Part shown: positions 59,412 to 64,000 of the stretch, piece after piece
How positions within the stretch are numbered: position 1 is the first letter of the stretch
Layout: every line of letters begins with the position of its first letter
Virus record (IMG/VR): IMGVR_UViG_3300045988_176028
Length of the DNA: 64,000 nt
Reading direction: 5' to 3' (one strand)
Source: a virus
The notes under the pieces: model-generated
What the model saw: the letters and a program-made list of their open reading frames with translations, nothing else
Told to the model about the DNA's origin: nothing
The model's database searches: none
Position numbers and translations under genes: made by a program

Positions 59412-62096
59412 CTAGAACATCACGCCGCTGTTGCCGTCACCACCGGTGGACGGTTGCGACGGTGTAGCCGGTGTGGATGGAGTCGATGGTGTGGACGGGG
59501 TTGACGGCGTGGACTGCTGTTGCCTTGGAGCCGTATACTGCCGTTGCGGCGTATACGTGTACGTGTATTGCCGTTGCGGCGTGTAAGTCGGCTGGGACTG
59601 CTGTTGCTGTTGGGCCTGCTGATTTTTGGCCTCCTCCTCGGCTTTCTTCTTATCCTCTTCCGCCTTCTTCGCATTATCCGCGTCGGTCTTGGCCTTGCTG
59701 ACCTTGCCCACCACATCTTGCAGACTGGACACCGCCTTGTTGGCGTCGGCCACATTGTCAGCCGTCACCTGCGTATCTTTCCACTGTTTGACGAGACTGT
59801 TCATGGTCTTCTTATCCGACGAATCCGGAGCGTCGCCAAGTTTTCCGGCTTGGTCGATGAGACTCTTCAACTTATTGGACACGTCCACGCTCTTCGACTG
59901 CAACGCCTTCCGATACGCGTTGTCGGTCGCCTTGTATTGAGCGTTCAACGCCTTCATTTTCTTGCCGATTGCCGCTTCGGTCATCGGATTTCCTTCCGTG
60001 GCCTTGCTGAGCTTGTCACACTCCCCCAGCGTGGTCTTGTCGTCCTTCACGAGACTGTTCTTGATTTCCTTAATCAGGTCTTTCGCGTCGGCCACACGCT
60101 TGTCCCAATTGTTTTGGGCTTTCGTGAGCGAATCCTGCTTCTTTTGGATTTCAACCTGCCGGGCCTTCTCGGCTTGGGCGTGAGTGTATGTCGAATAAGC
60201 GTAATAGCCACCACCGCATAGAAGCGCGATACCGGCCAGAATCACCACGACCATGATAATGATTTTACGGATTCTGCCACCATCGCCTTCACCGTCGGTG
60301 GTGTTTTCGGCTTCGGCATCATCCGCATAATCCGGCAGTTCGCCGTCGAATTGTTGCGGCGGAAAACCGGAGGACTGTTCTACGGGCGTACTGTCGAACT
60401 GGTTTGCCTGTATACTGTCATCCCAGAAACCGTCATCCTCCTGTTGTGGCGCGGATTGTTGTTGCTGGGGTGCCGACTGTTCCTGACCGTTGGAACCATC
60501 CTCCCACCATTGGCCTTCACCATGGTCGTTGAAGATGCTGTTTCGACGGTAGAAGTCATCATCCGGCTGGTTGGACTGTTCGCCGTTCTGCTGGTTCGCC
60601 GGTTCGGTGTCGGATTGGCTCACCGGCGTATTGTCGTACTGGTTTTCCTGTCCGCCGTCGAATGGGCTTGCCTGTCCGCCGTCATCCGGTTCAGGCTGTT
60701 GGGCTGGAATCTCATCTCCCCAAATATCATCGTAGGCTACCGGAGCGGCGTTCTGTCCATACGGCGAATTGTCGTCACTGCTCCCCCATATATCCGGCTC
60801 GTTGGACGGCTGGCTTTCCGGCATACCGTTCAACTGGTTTGCTGTTTCGCCTGTGGGATTGTCTCCCCAAATATCCTGCTCACCGTCCGACTGGATTGCC
60901 TGTCCGCTGTCCGACTGTTGAACCGGCTGAACGTCGGATTCATCTCCCCAGAAGTCTTGTTCGCTGGCCTGCCTGTCCGCCGTTTCACCATTCGACTGTT
61001 GGACTTGCCTGCCTGTGGGATTGTCTCCCCAGATATCCTGTTCGCCGTTCTGTTGGAACGCCTGAACGTCATCGGACTGTTGTTCAGGCATACTGGTCTG
61101 CTGTTGCGCCGGTTCGCCGGTATTCCAGAAATCATCATTTGACTGGTTTGCCGTTTCGCCGTTCGACTGTTGCGCCTGACCGTCGGCATACTGTTGTTCC
61201 GGCGAATCAACACTCCAAATATCCGCTTGACTGTCCTGCTGGCTGGCCGGATAATCGGCTTGTTGCGGTTCCGCCTGTTGTGGCATGTCATCCATCCGCC
61301 AGATGGAATCCTGTTCCGCCTGTCCAACGTTCTGCCTGTCCGCCGTTTCGCTGTTCTGTCGCCCATCCGGATTGACGGTATTCTGTCCTACCGTGGAGGC
61401 ATCGGACTGTTCCCGCATGTTCCACATGGAGAACGGGTCTATGTCATCTTCAGACTGCTGGTTTCCCGCTACACCGGTTTGCTGTTCTGCCGGTTCGCCG
61501 TAAAACTGTTGTTCCTGCTGGAAAGCTGACTGCTCTTCCGTTCCAACAGCCGACTGTCCGACCGGCTCACCGTAGTATTGCTCAGCCGGTACGCCGTTTT
61601 CGACGGGGGACTGTCCGACCGGCATACCGGAATCCTGTTCAACCGTTTCGCCTGTATCGGACGATGGGGAACCCCACGGGTCTTCCAACAGACTGTCGAT
61701 ATCGATGGAATCCTCATCGACCGTACCATCATTCTGCTGGCTGACCGGTTTCACATCGACCGGCTCCACCGGTTGACTGTTGAAACGTGGAGGCGGCGTT
61801 GTGGAGGACTGGTTTTCACTATCGGACGGTACGGCGTCATTCCGTTCCGCCTGTCCACCGTTCCGCCTGTTCGACGTACCATCATCGTTCCGGGAAGACG
61901 ATTCTCCACTCGACTGCTTCGCCGTCGCACTGTTTTTCTTCCTCACAGTCGAAGAGGTGTTCCGCTTCGCCGGAGACTTCTTTTTCCTGCCCGCCGGTTT
62001 AGCGGCGGACTGCTCCACCGGCATGTCGGACATGTCCATCAAAAGAGACTCATCCAACCGGTTGTTGCCAATCAGAAAATCATCCTGCTCAGACAT
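59412..62096 (-). CDS. large low-complexity membrane protein (Gln/Asp/Glu-rich tandem repeats, one TM helix, coiled coil, Pro/Thr/Ser tail)
   Basis: 894 aa. Repeats of the (D/E)(I/F)WGD.....Q.....NGE(T/Q)A(D/N)(R/Q) type. TM segment IIIMVVVILAGIALLCGGGYYAY. C-terminal TYTPQRQY repeats and TPSTPSTPSTPS. Lies next to the FtsK-like translocase gene. Confidence 0.65.
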   Translation of the reverse strand: MSEQDDFLIGNNRLDESLLMDMSDMPVEQSAAKPAGRKKKSPAKRNTSSTVRKKNSATAKQSSGESSSRNDDGTSNRRNGGQAERNDAVPSDSENQSSTTPPPRFNSQPVEPVDVKPVSQQNDGTVDEDSIDIDSLLEDPWGSPSSDTGETVEQDSGMPVGQSPVENGVPAEQYYGEPVGQSAVGTEEQSAFQQEQQFYGEPAEQQTGVAGNQQSEDDIDPFSMWNMREQSDASTVGQNTVNPDGRQNSETADRQNVGQAEQDSIWRMDDMPQQAEPQQADYPASQQDSQADIWSVDSPEQQYADGQAQQSNGETANQSNDDFWNTGEPAQQQTSMPEQQSDDVQAFQQNGEQDIWGDNPTGRQVQQSNGETADRQASEQDFWGDESDVQPVQQSDSGQAIQSDGEQDIWGDNPTGETANQLNGMPESQPSNEPDIWGSSDDNSPYGQNAAPVAYDDIWGDEIPAQQPEPDDGGQASPFDGGQENQYDNTPVSQSDTEPANQQNGEQSNQPDDDFYRRNSIFNDHGEGQWWEDGSNGQEQSAPQQQQSAPQQEDDGFWDDSIQANQFDSTPVEQSSGFPPQQFDGELPDYADDAEAENTTDGEGDGGRIRKIIIMVVVILAGIALLCGGGYYAYSTYTHAQAEKARQVEIQKKQDSLTKAQNNWDKRVADAKDLIKEIKNSLVKDDKTTLGECDKLSKATEGNPMTEAAIGKKMKALNAQYKATDNAYRKALQSKSVDVSNKLKSLIDQAGKLGDAPDSSDKKTMNSLVKQWKDTQVTADNVADANKAVSSLQDVVGKVSKAKTDADNAKKAEEDKKKAEEEAKNQQAQQQQQSQPTYTPQRQYTYTYTPQRQYTAPRQQQSTPSTPSTPSTPSTPATPSQPSTGGDGNSGVMF

Positions 62097-62131
62097 CTGC
62101 GAAACACCTCCAGACTATGATGGTCGGACTC

Positions 62132-63979
62132 TTACAAGCCCTGCTGTGCGGACTCTTTGGCAAGACTACGAGCGGCGGCTACCGCGCTCACGTGGGGCAC
62201 GTCAACTCCAGCCGCATACAGTTTGCTCGCATGAGCTGCGGCGGCGGCACCTTTCAACGGTTCGTCCCGGTCTGCCACGTCACGACCGTCTTCACCGAAT
62301 CCGCCTTCGGTCTCCAACCGGCTGGGGGAGTGGCTGTCATCCTCGTACATGGCACCGTCGTCGGGTTTTTCTGCGGCGGCGGGCACGGCCACGATGATGT
62401 CATCCCATGACCAGTGACCGGCCTCATCATTGCCTTTCGGGGGATTGTTCTCCAACATGTGCTCGCGAAGGATATCGCTCCAGCTTTTCCCATGCTTGTG
62501 GTCGTCCTCGTAGAAGCCCTTGTAAACGCAAGCCTCCTGACCGACAAGCTCGGCTATGCCGCAACCACGGGACACTCCAGCCTCGATAAGATAACTCGGC
62601 ACAGTTGGAGCGTTCTTCGCATCATTCAGCACGGTGCCACGAACGGTATCGTTGACCTTGTCGCCCAACAGAATCTTCGACGGAAGATTGGTCCGGACAC
62701 TCGGGTCAAGACCATTCTGGCTGGTTGCGGACTGGGCCGCATACATGAAGAAGATACCGCTGAAACGAACCGTCTGGCAGATTTTCAGCAACGCCATATA
62801 ATTCATCGCACGGATACCCTTCTCGTATTCGGCTTTGATACGGGTCGGATTATCCTTCGACAATCCCGGCGGAACGGTCAACGGTGCCGCCCATTGCGCA
62901 ATCTCATCGCACACCAACAGAATCGGCGGATACTGTTTACGGACTGCCTCCGGCAGACCCCACCAATTCTCCTTGCCATACTGGTTGATGACATTCGCAC
63001 GAACCGTGCTCAAGTCCAGAATGTGTTGCAAGGTGGCCGCGCAGGATTCCATGCTGTCGCAACCCCAACCATGGTCGATGACCCACGGACGGCACCATTT
63101 GAAATCGACGCTCTTGTACTTGTCGTCGCATACCGCGAGTTGGCATCCGGCTGATACTGCGGCATATACAAGACAGTTGATGACCACACTCTTACCGCCA
63201 TTGGAAGCGCCCGCGACCAGCACTCCGGACGCGTCCTTCCAATCGTTGTACAACAGGTCACCGGTCTCACGTCCACGGTCGGGAAGCTTCATACCAAAGT
63301 AGGCGTGGCGCAAATCGCTTTTCTTCCAGAACTCCTTCGGCGGATTGATGACCGCAGGGAAGGTCGGCGGCACTCCCGGATACACGGTGATGACACCGTT
63401 CTCGGCATCAGCCTTGAAGAACCAGCCTTCACCGCCGATAATCTCAACGGTCTCCTGAATCTTCGTATCATGCTTGGAAGGACGATACGTGGCCGCATTG
63501 CCTTTGATACGGATTTTCCAACCACCCTCAGCGGTCGGCGTCAGACGAATAAGCCACGGATACTTCTGCAAGCCCAACGCCTCAGCGAACTGTTGGCGAA
63601 TCGAAATGGTCTTATCGTCCATCAACTGCAACAGCACGACGCTCTTGGAACTGGTGCGCGGAATGAAATCGATTACCTTCCATGTCATGCCCGGCACATG
63701 TTTGATGGTCGGGTCTGTACTGTTGGCATAATTCAGTTCGATACGGGCGACGGTATCCTTCTGACGGGCTTCGCCCATACAGTCGGCGGCGTCGATTTCA
63801 TCACCGTGTGCCATACCCTCCGTGAGAAGCTTCTGCATCTCCTTATCGTCGGTAGACATAGCCATCGGAGCGATGTAGGCGTAGAGTCCGTCCGGGCTGA
63901 TGCTGTCAATGAGATAGCCTTCATATTTTTCAGGCTGGCGTGCGGCCTTCTCCTGAATTTTTCGGGTCAGACGCATCAT
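62132..63979 (-). CDS. FtsK/SpoIIIE-family DNA translocase (conjugative-transfer type)
   Basis: 615 aa. Walker A VLVAGASNGGKSVV, Walker B PPILLVCDEIAQW. Size and context fit plasmid transfer ATPases of Gram-positive bacteria. Confidence 0.8.
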   Translation of the reverse strand: MMRLTRKIQEKAARQPEKYEGYLIDSISPDGLYAYIAPMAMSTDDKEMQKLLTEGMAHGDEIDAADCMGEARQKDTVARIELNYANSTDPTIKHVPGMTWKVIDFIPRTSSKSVVLLQLMDDKTISIRQQFAEALGLQKYPWLIRLTPTAEGGWKIRIKGNAATYRPSKHDTKIQETVEIIGGEGWFFKADAENGVITVYPGVPPTFPAVINPPKEFWKKSDLRHAYFGMKLPDRGRETGDLLYNDWKDASGVLVAGASNGGKSVVINCLVYAAVSAGCQLAVCDDKYKSVDFKWCRPWVIDHGWGCDSMESCAATLQHILDLSTVRANVINQYGKENWWGLPEAVRKQYPPILLVCDEIAQWAAPLTVPPGLSKDNPTRIKAEYEKGIRAMNYMALLKICQTVRFSGIFFMYAAQSATSQNGLDPSVRTNLPSKILLGDKVNDTVRGTVLNDAKNAPTVPSYLIEAGVSRGCGIAELVGQEACVYKGFYEDDHKHGKSWSDILREHMLENNPPKGNDEAGHWSWDDIIVAVPAAAEKPDDGAMYEDDSHSPSRLETEGGFGEDGRDVADRDEPLKGAAAAAHASKLYAAGVDVPHVSAVAAARSLAKESAQQGL

Positions 63980-64000
63980 ATCGTCGGGATTGTGCGCGTC

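Overview
This 64-kb window looks like accessory, plasmid-like DNA. My inference is a segment of an actinobacterial (Bifidobacterium/Actinomyces-type) conjugative megaplasmid, not core chromosome. Plasmid backbone: three RepA-family initiator genes, two separate iteron fields (about 23.06-23.52 kb and 54.13-54.26 kb), an FtsK/SpoIIIE-type DNA translocase, a YafQ/RelE-type toxin-antitoxin pair, and a recombination module (HTH regulator, PD-(D/E)XK nuclease, gp2.5/DUF2815-like SSB). Cargo: (1) a complete type II-C CRISPR-Cas locus, cas9 (1108 aa)-cas1-cas2 plus an 11-repeat array (36-bp repeats, 28-29-nt spacers), with a tracrRNA-like locus just upstream of cas9. (2) A minus-strand cluster of nine tRNA genes plus a tmRNA (ssrA), with a DivIVA-like gene embedded in it. 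(3) Paralogs of the Sec translocon subunits SecE and SecG inside an operon of unknown genes. (4) Three sortase-anchored (LAxTG) surface proteins of 887, 2610 and 1338 aa. (5) A solo TnpB (IS200/IS605 family). (6) About 40 short genes of unknown function. The strongest non-genic signal is a conserved ~23-bp motif, gene-sense TATACTGGAATTGTTCACACAAA. It occurs 16 times in good form, 3 times in degenerate form and twice as a palindromic variant, always 10-200 nt upstream of a start codon, including upstream of cas9. I read it as an element-specific promoter plus operator that defines one regulon across the window. All calls come from reading the sequence and the ORF translations by eye; no searches were run.
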